NCBI RefSeq assembly: GCF_028641065.1
Contig: NC_073402.1
Span: 20,956,001-21,020,000, forward strand
Source: Leucoraja erinacea
Lineage: Eukaryota
Length of the DNA stretch: 64,000 nucleotides
Direction: 5' to 3'
Below are positions 1 through 11,880 of this stretch, one piece after another (the first letter of the stretch is position 1; the number at the start of each line of letters is the position of its first letter). The position numbers were made by a program, and so were the translations under genes. The notes beneath the pieces are model-generated. The model did not search any database and was not told where the DNA came from. It saw nothing but the letters and a program-made list of their open reading frames with translations.

Positions 1-87
1 TTGGGATAAATTTATAGATTTCGGCAACGATTTGTAGCACGTTATAAGTACTCTCTATGGAACCAAACAGATAACTTGTACTATATT

Positions 88-212
88 CTGAAGAAGGGTC
101 TCGACACGAAACGTCACCTATTCCTTCGCTCCATAGATGCTGCCTCACCCCCTGAGTTTCTCCAGCATTTTTGTCTACCTTCGATTTTTCCAGCATCTGC
201 AGTTCTTTCTGA
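88..212 (+). mobile_element. Short Penelope-derived element beginning at the hammerhead motif
   Basis: CTGAAGAAGGGTCTCGACACGAAACGTC followed by the family body ...ccatagatgctgcc...gagtttctccagcattttt...ccagcatctgcagttc. Confidence 0.75.
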
Positions 213-1498
213 AAAATAACATATTGTTATCTTTTTTTAGTTCCTTATTGTGACTACCTTTCAAAGGGCTATTTTCATGTGAAGATAATGTATCCAATAA
301 ACCCAAATAATTAAACCAGCTCTGGGGAGAAGTATCGTAGATGCAGTATCTGAGGAAATGGAAAACCTTGATGTAACGGTAGCCTCTAGCATCGAAGAAA
401 TTATGTTTAAATTAGTTTTCTGTTGTCGACTTGGTTTATGTTTAGTTCTTAGAAATGCTGAACTTTGAGTCCTGTTTAACAACTTTCTGTTTAACTAAAT
501 AGGGGAAAATACACTCTGGTATATTTATCTTTGTGCTAGATGCTATATTTGTATATAATTTGATTGTATTCTTGTAAAGCATGGTTTGACTGGATAGAAG
601 GCACACTAAGTTTTTTTTAAATTTTACCTCATGACAATAATTACACCAAATACCAGTTTATGTTGCCAATGATATCTTGCCCTGACTTGTCACATGCTGG
701 CAGGCCCAGCTCATCATCCTGTGTTGTTGGCTGCACCTTGGTTCCCATGGTGCAGGATTTACACAGTGAATTAAAGTTTCTCAACTACTATTTTCCTTAA
801 TTCCTCTTTTTGTCTTCTAACAATGTGGCATTAGAGCTGTAGTGGTTCAGGTGGTGAAACAACAGACTGGCGGATTGAATTGAAAGGGTTCTGAACTTGA
901 AGCTTAATTACTGGACACCTCAATTTCTAAAGATCAAACTATAGCAAACCTCCTGTAATCTAATGCACCTTGGACTTTGGTGCTGGAATGGTAGATTTTC
1001 TGGATCATTGAAAGTTATTCGTATTAAAACATGAACCTTTTTCATTTACGCTGCCTCCACAAAATAGCCAGTCTCACCCTTGCCGCTCCCCTTCTGTATC
1101 GGGAGATACAGGAGTCTGAAAATGCAGACCTCCAGATTCAGGAACCGTTTCATCCCAGATGTTATCGGGCAACTGAATGGTTAAGTACTGACCTGCCTCC
1201 TAACTCAATGGAGATCGTTGAACTATCTTTAATCGGACTCGATTGAACCTCAATGTTATACCTTGGCACCCTTTACCTGTGCGCTGTGGGCGGCATTCAC
1301 GTACAGTCCATTCTTTGATCGGGTAGTACGCAAACAAAAGCTTTTCAATGAACCTCGGTACACGTGACAATAATAAACTACATTAAAAATGTCACAGTGA
1401 ACCTGGTAAGGTTAAAGGTAGCACAGAACATAGGATTGTAGTCAGTTGGAAGGGAACCTAGGAACCATGGCACCTGCAGGTCAGGTGGGAAAGTGGTA

Positions 1499-1689
1499 GG
1501 AAGGAGCGGCAGGTGCTGGTATAAACCGAAGATGGGCACAAAATGCTGGAGTAACTCAGCGTGACAGACAGCATCTCTGGAGAGGAGTGGGTGACGTTTC
1601 GGGTCGAAGACTGAAGAAGGGTCTCAACCTGAAATGTCACCCATTCCTTCTCTCCAGAGATGCTGCATGCAGCATTTTGTGTCTATCTT
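1499..1689. mobile_element. Fold-back Penelope-derived element with 16-bp TSD
   Basis: Inverted arms around a ctgaagaagggtctcaacctgaaatgtc core. Flanking direct repeat AGGTGGGAAAGTGGTA at 1483-1498 and 1690-1705. Confidence 0.75.
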
Positions 1690-2587
1690 AGGTGGGAAAG
1701 TGGTAAGTGCTTCCTGATGGGCCAGCTGCCAAAGCAGCAATGTCCAAATGATCATGCACTGGATTATCACATTTGTATTGCGCTTTGTGGCCAAACTTTT
1801 CTTAAAGACAATTCATAGGAAGTGTGGTTGATGGAAGAGGAAGAGAAATTGATTATTTTTGTTCTGCTACAATTCACAAAGTTATTAATGAATGTTCCTG
1901 TTCCCTTTAGTGGCAATGTGGAATCAAAATTGAGTCGGGTGACTTTTGGTGAAAAATTGAATTTAAACTTACATTTGGGTTTGGGGTGAACTAACCAGTT
2001 AAACCACAACTTTCAATATCTCTAGAACTGAACACTGGGAAAATATTATCTTCCCTCCTCGGGGAAGAATCATAAATAATCCATTGTAAGTCTTTTTATT
2101 AATGTCTGCTTTTTTAAAATATCGAATGGCATTGAAATATAAAAGTTAAGTTTGGATTTTAGTTTAGATTCGGATCTATTGCCAAGATGGCATTAACTGT
2201 TTACCACTGACCACACTACAGCCGTATACATATTGATTTCTCTAACTTCCCAGCCAAGTCCTTGTACGAGATTCATAGGTATCTTGTTGTGTCTCATTGT
2301 CTGCAACTCATTTTCAACTAGTCCACAGCTAACAATAGCCTGTTTTCTTTATCATTGCTACTTTTTTTGCATATCCTTCATTTGTTCTATTACTCTCTAT
2401 ATCACTGTCAATGTCTCTCGTTACCTTTTCTGCCAAGTCTCAGTCTGAAGAAGGGTCTTGACCCAAAATGTCACCTTTTCCTTTTCTCCAGAGATGTTGT
2501 CTGACCCGCTGAGCTACTCCAGCTTTTTGTGTATATCTTCGTTTCAACCAACATTTGCAGTTCCTTCCTACACCAAGCAGTTCATTA

Positions 2588-2886
2588 GGGTCACAGTTTA
2601 AGGATAAGGGGGAAATCTTTTAGGACTGTGATGAGAAAAACATTTTTTGCACAGAGAGTGGTGAATCTCTGGAATTCTCTGCCACATAATGTAGTTGAGG
2701 CCAGTTCGTTGGCTATATTTAAGAGGGAGTTAGATGTGGCCCTTGTGGCTAAAGGGATCAGGGGGTATGGAGAGAAGGCAGGTACAGGATACTGAGTTGG
2801 ATGATCAGCCATGATCATATTGAATGGCAGTGCAGGCTCGAAGGGCCGAATGGCCTACTCCTGCACCTATTTTCTATGTTTCTATG
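2588..2886 (+). mobile_element. CR1 LINE 3' fragment
   Basis: GHSLRIRGKSF...QRVVNLWNSLP-type ORF2 C-terminus and (TTTCTATG)n tail. Near-identical to copies at 10102, 41701 and 57252. Confidence 0.9.
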
Positions 2887-3644
2887 TGATATCGGTCTTT
2901 ATGATAAATGTGATCAAGCTGTTTGATCCAATGGATCCCAGTGTTATTCTTGGCCCTTGAAATTAGGTGAACTGCAAATAAAAGTAACATATCCTTTTAA
3001 ATGAGAAAATATCATTGTCGGAGTCATAGAACACAGCACAGGCACGATGGCTGAGTCACACATGCTGACTAAGATGCCCATGGGACATAAGGGCAGAATT
3101 CCTGCCTTCAACCCCATTTTCCTGCCTTCTCCCCATGACCTATAACTCTATGCTGAGGGGAAAAAGACTGTACATTCATCCTAACTACTCCCCTCATGAT
3201 TATATACCTCGATAGCCTCAGTCATCTGTATTGTCATTTCCCCAGTTTTAATTCTCGTCCCTGCTACATCGTTTAGGTTAATAAATTCCGCAAAATTTCT
3301 TGCTAACATTGGGGATGTTTATACAAATATTCTCTGGCGACTCAGTTATGTTTTCTCGAAAAAAAACCTTGAATATTTCATCCGATATTTTTTTAACAGA
3401 TGTTGCGTATGGGAGAGGCATGAGAAGGATATTCCCAGCAAGGGCTGATTTTATAACTAGGAACATACTCTTATCTGTGTGTGTGCGTAGTTTGTTTCAG
3501 AATTCAAGGTTTGTGTTTGAAGTTGATGCGTGAATGAGTGCTACAATTCTGCATAGTTGAATTCACATACGCCTATTAAATCTCGTGTTGTAGTTCACAT
3601 TTATAACATCTTCAGTGTTTCGCCTTCTGGTTCAAGCCTTTTAA

Positions 3645-3945
3645 GTGGCAGCTAGTAGAGTTGCTGCCTCGCAGCTCCAGAGACCTGGATTCGACCCTGA
3701 CCTCCAGTACTGCCTGTGAGGAGTTTGCAGGTTTACCCCACCACAGTGCACGTTTCCTCCGGGTGCTCTGCATTCCTCCCACAGCCTAAAAACGGGCGTG
3801 GGATCGTAAGTTAATTGGCCTCTGTAAATTTCCGCTGGTGTGTAGGGAGTGGATGGAAAAAGTGGGATAGTACTAATGTGAACAGGTGATTGGTGGTCTG
3901 CATGGGCTGATGGGCCTGTTTTGATGCTGCATCTTTACACTAAAA
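3645..3945 (+). mobile_element. HE1/V-SINE-like tRNA-derived SINE (diverged)
   Basis: gtagagttgctgcctc...ttcgaccctgac head, V-domain-like centre, gggcctgtt...ctaaa tail. Confidence 0.75.
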
Positions 3946-4408
3946 ATATGTAATGGAAACTACCAGAAGTGCACTGGTTTGCATGCTATCTCAGCAATGG
4001 GTAGGAAAAAAATCTTCTCCCTTCCTTAGCAGCATAGTGTAAAAGAATACTGGAAATTCATATATTCAGTGGTTGCTACAGGTTGTACAACTGAATGCAA
4101 TAGAGACTCTGGATCGACCTGCAATGTGATGTTGTACGTCTCATATTAGAGTAGTAAATGGTGATGGGGTGGAATGGGGTTTGATTTATCAAACATAGCG
4201 TTTAATCATAACGTGCATGGCAACGTGGGTTCAGAGCTTCCCTAAGCGGAGAGCAAATCTGCAGCAATCTTGCCATTTCTACCGCCATCCATTAACTTGT
4301 ACTTGTCTCTTGAAGTGCAACGAGTCGTGTGTAGTCCGACCGGAGAACACAACTCAACAGCGAATGAAGATAGATAGAAACGACACTCAATGGAGAATAT
4401 CTGCCTTA

Positions 4409-4615
4409 TGGGCCTGTCCCACTTAGGTGATTTTTTGGGCGACTGCTGCAAAATTTTCAACATGTTGAAAACTTTTCAGTGACAGTGGTGATAATTTTTG
4501 CTGCCGTGGGTTGACGTAGGTGCTGTTGTAGGTTGTCGCCAGGTGTCGTAAGTGAATTCCATTAAAACTAGTCCCTGGCAGTCGCCTAAAGAGTCACCTA
4601 CGTGGGAGAGGCCCA
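4409..4615. mobile_element. Harbinger-type MITE
   Basis: TIRs TGGGCCTGTCCCACTTAGGTGA ... TCACCTACGTGGGAGAGGCCCA. TTA on the left flank; right-hand TSD not evident. Confidence 0.65.
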
Positions 4616-4805
4616 GTGGGACAGTGAAATGTTTCTGGATGTGAAATGTTTCTTTCTCTTTCCACAGACCTTGTCTGACCTATGAAGTGTCTCCAGCATT
4701 TTCTATTTGTACTTCAGATTTTCAACTGCTGGTGCATTTTAATTTTCATCAACAGAAACGTTCCCCAGTGCAGGTGGCGTTTACATTTGGATTCCAAACC
4801 AGCTT

Positions 4806-5480
4806 CAAGTCAAGTCAAGAGAGTTTATTGTCATGTGTCCCAGATAGGACAATGAAATTCTTGCTTGCTGCAGCACCACAGAATATTAGTAAGCAACAGT
4901 AACTGCAGCACAACAGAATATTGTAGGCAAAAATACAGAACAGTTCAGTTCAATATACACATAAATAAGCAGATAAAGTGTGATAGACTGTTACAGTTCA
5001 GAGTCTGTTTGATGGCGAGTTTAATAGCCTGATGGCTGTGGGGAAAAAAATGTTCCTGAACCTGGATGTAACAGATTTCAGGCTCCTGTACCTTCTGCCC
5101 GATGGTAGCGGAGAGATGAGTGCGTGGCCAGGATGGTGTGGGTCCTTGATGATGTTGGCTGCCTTTCTGTGGCAGCGACTGCGATAGATCCCTTCGATGG
5201 TGGGGAGGTCAGAGCCAATGGTGGACTGGGCAGTGGTCACAACTTTCTGCATCCTTTTCCGCTCCTGCACGCTCAAGTTGCCAAACCAAGCCACGATGTA
5301 ACCAGTCAGCATGCTCTCTACTGTGTACCTGTAGAAGCTTGAGAGAGTCCTCTTTGACATGCTCTCTGTAATCTTTTCAGGAAGTAGAGGCGCTGATGTG
5401 CTTTCTTTATAATTGCATCAGTATGCTAGGACCAGGAAAGATCTTCGGAAATGTGCACATCCAGGAATTTGAAGTTCTTG
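4806..5480 (-). mobile_element. Rex1/Babar-type LINE 3' fragment
   Basis: ORF 4998-5360 (FYRYTVESMLTG...IIKDPHHPGHALISPLPSGRRYRSL...RFRN..FPTAIRLLN) and a gacaataaactctc(TTGAC)n tail on the minus strand. Confidence 0.85.
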
Positions 5481-6526
5481 TTTAAATTTCTCAGTCTGAT
5501 AATAGACGTGACTGTGTGTGGTAGTGTTGCTGTCATCTTAATCAGTCGAAGAGAGGAAAAGGTGAAAGTAATACACAAAATGAACTAGAATGTTATCATC
5601 AGCTGCGACCAATTGTTCATTTTTTTTTAGAACATCTCTTCCTGACAATGTTATTTATATGAAGACAATGTGACATTTAGGAATATATTGGAGAAAATAT
5701 TTAGCAAACTAAAACATCCCCATCATCTACTGATTAAGAATTGTGCTGTGGAAAATAAACTGCAGAACATACATGTTACAGAAAATACATACATGTTTTC
5801 AGACTTTGGTGTGTACGGGTGAATGTATCTACTTTGACTGCAGTTGGTGAGTTGCACACAAACTATGCTCATTTTTATGAGTTTTGTTTCCGTACTTTAC
5901 CAAGCCAATATAACCGAGCAGCATTTTAAAATATTGCCCTGACAGATAGCTCACGGGCGAGGGGAATAAACAATTCAACCAAAAATAAGTTTAATAAACT
6001 AACTGTAAACTGTCGATGCATGGGGTATTAATATCTTTGCTCCCAGACATTGCAGCTTTTTTGTTTTTAAGAGTTTTTACAATGGTTAACAAATGAGTTA
6101 ATTAATAAAATGGTCCAATGGTAATGCACTGGTGATGGGACCAGTTTCCAGTACAATGGTTTTTCAAATGAGTACAAAATATTCTTCCACTGACTAATTT
6201 GTGTATAGAATGCTGTAATCCTTTCTTGTCATCTCACAGTGTTAGGGTATTTTTTAAAATTGGGGTTGTCCTCCAGCAAGGTCTGAAAGAGGGTCCCGTT
6301 GCCCATCATTTTGCTCCAGAAATGCTGTCTGGCCCGCTGAGTTACTCCAGCGCTTTGTGTCTCAGTTTGGTGTAAACCAGCACCTGCAGTTCCTTGTTTT
6401 TCTACATTTACCCCAATGTTGTGGCTACTGATTTGAACAAATAAATCTGATGCTTGCTGACAGCCACTTTGAACTTGCATTTCTTAATTCACTTTCTTTC
6501 TCTTGCTTCCCCCCCCCCCCTCCAAG

Positions 6527-6669
6527 AATTGCCAGAAAACTGGACAGACACGAGAGAAACGCTGCAGGAAGGAATGATATTTAATCTCAAATATCTTGGC
6601 ATGACTCTTGTGGAGGAACCAAAAGGAGAAGATATGTCTTCTGCCGCTGTCCGGCGGATAGTTATTATG
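6527..6669 (+). CDS. LDLRAP1: LDLRAP1 (ARH) coding exon 2, start of PTB domain
   Basis: Pyrimidine tract + AG acceptor (6525-6526), donor GTAATG at 6670. 143 bp, encodes (K)LPENWTDTRETLQEGMIFNLKYLGMTLVEEPKGEDMSSAAVRRIVIM, recognisably vertebrate LDLRAP1 exon 2. Exon 1 not found in the window. Confidence 0.96.
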
Positions 6670-6850
6670 GTAATGTTTGGTTTACGCATTTTTCAGTAAC
6701 ATTTCGAATAATTGGGAATATGGGAATATGGAAGAAGAAAGCATTGAGTTTTGCCAAGTTTAGACACCCAAGTTTACACCCATATGGACAGGTATTGGCT
6801 GCACAAGATCCCCTAACTCACGGTGGCGCAGCGGTAGAGTTGCTGCCTTA

Positions 6851-7313
6851 TGCCCCTGTCCCATTTAGGAAACCTGAACGGAAACCTCTGGAGACTTTGC
6901 GCCCCACCCCAGGTTTCCGTGCGGTTCCCGGAGGTTTTTGTCAGTCTCCCTAATGGTCGAAAGTGGTTTCCTCTTCTTCTATGTTTTCCGGAGATTATTT
7001 CAAAAAATTCAAAACCGGCCGCGACTAAAAATGGGTTGCCGGTATTTTAAAAACCGGCAACCCCCGGCAACCACCTTCAACTAGCATCGCAACCGGCTTT
7101 GACTAAAAAATTACCGATTTTTAAAACGGCAACCTATTTTTAGTCGCGGCTGGTTTTGAATTTTTTGAAATAATCTCCGGAACATAGAAGAAGCGGAAAC
7201 CACTTTCGACCGTTGGGGAGACTGACAAAAACCTCCGGGAACCGCACGGAAATTTAGGGTGGGGCGCAAAGTCTCCAGAGGTTTCCGTTCAGGTTTCCTA
7301 AGGGACAGAGGCA
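6851..7313. mobile_element. Palindromic Harbinger-type MITE inserted into the TTA of a SINE
   Basis: About 200-bp inverted arms starting TGCCCCTGTCCCATTTAGGAAACC. Flanks TTA / TTG. The host SINE head (cggtggcgcagcggtagagttgctgccTTA) resumes afterwards as cagcgccatagagccgggt. Confidence 0.85.
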
Positions 7314-7597
7314 TTGCAGAGCTTTCAGCGCCATAGAGCCGGGTGTGTGTTTCTAGGGGAGGTGGTGGAGGAAGATTTGATAGTGGTGTTTAAGGCCTTT
7401 TAAACAGGTACATGAATATACAGGGAATGGAGAGATAGGGAATCCCTTGCAGGTAGAAGGGGTTACTTTAATTTGGCATCACATTCAGCAGAGACATCGT
7501 GGGCTGAAGGGCCTCTTCCTATGCTGTACTTTCCATGAATTTTGGTGTTGGTATATTCCTAAGATAGCTTTTAAAAAAATCTTGTGATGCTAAATCT

Positions 7598-7915
7598 TAG
7601 TTTAATTTGGAAATGAAGCGCCGACACAGGCCCTTTGGCCCACCGAGTCCGCACTGACCTGCGATCCCCGCACATTAACACAATCTTACACGAACACACT
7701 TGAGACAATTGACATGCAGACCAGCCAATCAACCTACAACCCTGTACGTCTTTGGAGTGTGGGAGGAAACTGAAGATCTCGGAGAAAACCCACGCAGTAA
7801 CGGGGAGAGCGTACAAACTCTGTACAGATGGCATTCATAGCCGGGATCGATACCGGGTCTCGGGCGCTGCAAGAGCTGTAAGGCAGCAACTCTACGCTGC
7901 ACAACCGGGCCGCCA
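7598..7915 (-). mobile_element. HE1/V-SINE-like SINE
   Basis: Reverse complement of tRNA head, V-domain (gtacgttctccccg...cctcccacactccaaagac) and tail. Confidence 0.85.
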
Positions 7916-8074
7916 GTGAATGGGTGTGTCATTCTGGACGGAATCTCTTTTGGCAGTGTCCTTTTTACAGATCTTAGCTGATTCAAAACTTGAGTTGGTC
8001 AATATCAAAATTAACTTCTGCCATTGGAATCACACACAGATTAATTGGAATCAGCGAATTGAACAGGAGAGCTG

Positions 8075-8770
8075 GTGCCTCAGAGTTTGATCCTGACCAT
8101 GGGTGCTGACTGTGCGGAGTTTGTACGTTCTCCCTCTGACCACTTTGGCTTCCTACAGTTTCTCAGATCTCCACCCACATTCCAAAGACGTAAAGGTTGG
8201 TAGGTAATTGGCTTCTGTAAATTGCCCTAGGACTGGACCAAAGATCCTATAGCAAGCAAGATAGTCCACTCGCCGAAAAAGACATAGTCCGGTCGTGGGC
8301 AGATTCAGAGGCAATTTTCGGCCCCGTTTCTGTAACCGGCTTCCGTCTCCACACCAAAGATCCCGTAGCGGAGCAAAGATGCTAGTGCGGAGACGGAAGC
8401 CGGTTACTGAAACATCCTCGTAAAAATCAAAGTTCTTTGGTAAAAATCTTCTCCTCATTTTCAGAATTATAATTTATTAACACAACCTGTCCCCTGCAAT
8501 GTTGATTACACTGCGAGAGGGATAACCAAAGTCGGGTCGGGTTACTGAAATGGATGAAAAAAAGGCCCACGTTCGGCTCCGTTGCGTACTACACGTCAGC
8601 CCATTGCATTTAGCAGGAGTAGTCTATCTTGCTCAGCTATAGGACCTTTGATCTGGACGGTGCGTAAGTGGGATAACATATAACTAGTGTACGGGTGATC
8701 GACGACCGACGTGGATTCGATGGGCCAAAGAACCTGTTTCCAAGCTGAACCTCTGAACTAAACTAAACTT
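8075..8770 (+). mobile_element. HE1/V-SINE-like SINE interrupted by a hAT-type MITE
   Basis: SINE body 8075-8238 resumes at 8651 and ends in (CTAAA)n. Confidence 0.75.
8239..8650. mobile_element. hAT-type MITE
   Basis: TIRs CAAAGATCCTATAGCAAGCAAGATAG ... CTATCTTGCTCAGCTATAGGACCTTTG. Imperfect 8-bp TSD gactggac / atctggac. CpG-rich interior with an internal TIR-like copy near 8355. Confidence 0.8.
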
Positions 8771-8938
8771 CTGAGGAAGCCTCTGGGGTTTCAGAGAAAA
8801 TGCTGTACTCTGGTGTCAAGAAAATCTGAAATGCTGCCAGGAATAGCCATGCTGAGAAAATCTAAACTCGTTCACAGAGCTCTTCTCTGATCCCATATGT
8901 GGTCATTGTATTTCAAGTGAAGTTTTTATTTCACGTAG

Positions 8939-9051
8939 GCCAAAGCAAGCGGGAAGAAATTTCCAAAAGTGGTGTTGACCGTGTCACCGCGGGGAATCAT
9001 TCTACACGACTCCACAAGTAACGAATTAATCGAAAACATCTCCATCTACAG
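8939..9051 (+). CDS. LDLRAP1: LDLRAP1 coding exon 3 (PTB domain)
   Basis: cgtag acceptor, gtacgg donor. 113 bp, AKASGKKFPKVVLTVSPRGIILHDSTSNELIENISIY(R). Phase 0 to 2, matches neighbouring exons. Confidence 0.96.
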
Positions 9052-10101
9052 GTACGGACGGGGCACTTCCATTCAAGCGTGAGACACAAAAATATTGACC
9101 GCACACTGCTGAGAAACTCTGGCTACTTGCCGTTTCTTTTTAAATGGTGTTTTTTGTCATCTTTGAAAAAGGGGCGAGATTACTCAAAGCTGTGTTGATC
9201 TTTTTGTGCAATTAGACGGGTCCAAAATGGCTGCGTTAAAAGCAGTTTATGGAGATTCACGTGCCCAAATCTAGAGGTAATCCTCTTGGTCCTGTCGGAG
9301 AGGGAAGGGACAGGGCTGGAGTAGCTCAGCGGGTCAGGCAGCATCTCGGGTGGGCATGGGTAGGGGTTGGGGAGAGACAAAGCAATTGCTTTTCCTTTGT
9401 TCACAAGCATGTTTGACCTTTCCGATGTTCTTCATGAATGCCGTGTCTTCTGAAAACAAAATAAGGAGAAACTGTGTATTCATGAACTAATTGCAGCTTT
9501 CAAAATGGTTTGAACAGCATTTTCAGCAAAGTTCTAAGTGCATTGAAATGCCCAAAAGGCTAATTTCACGAATGAATAGCTGTTGTCAACTTGAATAGCC
9601 GTGTCTTTTACCTGACTACACTAAACTGTCTGACTGACGAGATTCCACCACCTTCTTCAGACAGCTTCTGGCAGACAAATCTGAGGTTTTATTGAATATG
9701 TTTTCATTTTTGTTTCTTGCATCATGGAAAGAACCATTTTGTGCTCATGGAGTCTTTGCTGGTTTTCAGAGCAGTCCTAATGTCCTGCTGATTTTCGCTA
9801 TTACCTATTCACCTCACATTTCAATTCATTCCCTCCCAGATTTTACCACAAATCTGCACACACAAGGTGCAATATACAGTATCCAATAAATCTCCCAACA
9901 GGCGGGGTTTTGGGAGTAGACCGGAGGAGCACCTGGAGGGAATACACGTGGCCATGTTAATTCCGGTTCTTCTACCCACCCTAGTCTGAGTCAGTAAAAC
10001 ACTGCATCGAATACTGGAGTCTTTCTTTTTATTATTCACCGCGTGGCTGGCTTCGGATCCACTCACTGGAGCCCGCAACAGCCTTGTGCCAACAGAACAG
10101 A

Positions 10102-10582
10102 ACCAGACTGATTCCTGGGATGGCAGGACTTTCATATGAAGAAAGACTGGATAGACTCGGCTTGTACTCGCTAGAATTTAGAAGATTGAGGGGGGATCTT
10201 ATAGAAACTTACAAAATTCTTAAGGGGTTGGACAGGCTAGATGCAGGAAGATTGTTCCCGATGTTGGGGAAGTCCAGGACAAGGGGTCACAGTTTAAGAA
10301 TAAGGGGGAAGTCTTTTAGGACCGAGATGAGGAAAACATTTTTCACACAGAGAGTGGTGAATCTGTGGAATTCTCTGCCACAGAAGGTAGTTGAGGCCAG
10401 TTCATTGGCTATATTTAAGAGGGAGTTAGATGTGGCCCTTGTGGCTAAAGGGATCAGGGGGTATGGAGAGAAGGCAGGTACAGGATACTGAGTTGGATGA
10501 TCAGCCATGATCATATTGAATGGCGGTGCAGGCTCGAAGGACCGAATGGCCTACTCCTGCACCTATTTTCTATGTTTCTATG
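10102..10582 (+). mobile_element. CR1 LINE 3' fragment (young)
   Basis: Open ORF2 C-terminus TRLIPGMAGLSYEERLDRLGLYSLEFRRLRGDLIETYKI...; (TTTCTATG)n tail. Confidence 0.92.
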
Positions 10583-10964
10583 AAAGGCAACCGACAAGCC
10601 CCAACAAAATGATCCCCTATTTATACAAATATGATTGCCCAATCACAGATACAGAACAAGCGTCGGTACATTGAAACAAAACAGTAACGTCTTCAGGGGC
10701 CCAGACTTGGTGGCCACAGGTGGGTCACATGATTTGGGTCTCCAGCCCCTGTGATGTCACCACCAGTGAGGCCAAGTTTCACAGTCACCTTGCATTCCAA
10801 AAGCAACCCCATTTCTGCATATTCACAGCCCCAGGGAGAAAGCACCTTGCAAACTCCACAATCACAGCACCAGAGGTCAGAATTTAAACTGAGCCTCTGG
10901 AGCTGTGAGGCAGAAGCTCAACCAACTGTGCCACTGTACAACACTTAACTGGTGTTGCAATTTG

Positions 10965-11592
10965 TGTGGTTCCCCATGTACTTCCCTCTGCAACTGCACG
11001 AGATGTAACACCTGTCCCTAAACCCGCTCCCTCGTCTCTATACAGGGACCCCAGCAACCCTTCCAGGTGAGACAGAAGTTCACGTGCACCTCCTCTAACC
11101 TCGTCTACTGCATCCGATATTCCCAATATGGCCTCCTGATGATCGGTGGTCGTTTCGCCAAACACTTGCACTAGGTCCGCCAAGGCCTACTGCCTCTCTT
11201 GGTTGCTAACCATTACCAGAGTTAGGACACTAGGCAAACTGGAGGAACAGCACCTCGTATTGCGCTTGGGTAGCTCACGACCCAACATTATGAGCGTTGA
11301 ATTCTCCAATTTTAGGTAACCACGTACCCCATACTCCCCACTTTCCTGCATCCCCTTTCCCCTCTCCCCTGTGTCCCACCTAGACTCGCAGCTGTTTCTC
11401 CCCTTCCCCTCCCCTTCCTCTACCTTCACAACTCACAGCTCTTCAATGCTTTTTGTCTTATCATTTCTGGCCTTTGTCCAATCATCGGCTTATCAAAACT
11501 CCCCTCTCAGGTATTCCCCGAATTCCTGCCAGCCTTTGTCCTGCCCCACCCCTTCCAGATTCCTCCCACCCCTCCCACAATTGGCCTGAAGA
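10965..11592 (+). mobile_element. Penelope-like element 3' fragment (decayed GIY-YIG region)
   Basis: ccttccaggtgagacagaagttcacgtgcacctcctctaacctcgtctactgcatccg (F-Q-V-R-Q-K-F-T-C-T-S-S-N-L-V-Y-C-I-R) and KLEEQHL motif, ending at ctgaaga. Confidence 0.75.
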
Positions 11593-11880
11593 ATAATAAT
11601 AATAATAATAATAATATCTTTTATTGTCATTGCACATCAGTGCAACGGGATTTAGTATGCAGCTTCCAACCGATGTAAAAGTAAAATAAATAAATAAGCT
11701 GTGTGACGTGACCATCCGAGGGAGACAGTCCAGGGAGGATCAGGGGCACTCAGCAGGGCCAGTTCAGAGCCGCTATAGCTCTGGGAATAAAGCTGTTTCT
11801 GAGTCTGGAGGTTCAGGCGTAGAAGGCTTTGTAACGTTTGCCGGAGGGAAGTAGTTCGAACAGACCGTTACAGGGGTGTG
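11592..11880 (-). mobile_element. Rex1/L2-like LINE 3' end with (TTA)n tail
   Basis: Minus strand encodes HPCNGLFELLPSGKRYKAF...RLRNSFIPRAI, followed by gacaataaaag and (TTA)n. Confidence 0.7.

Noticed and set aside
1-6526. LDLRAP1 exon 1 (MDALKSAGRA...)
   Set aside because: No matching sequence or CpG-rich promoter seen; it presumably lies upstream of the window.
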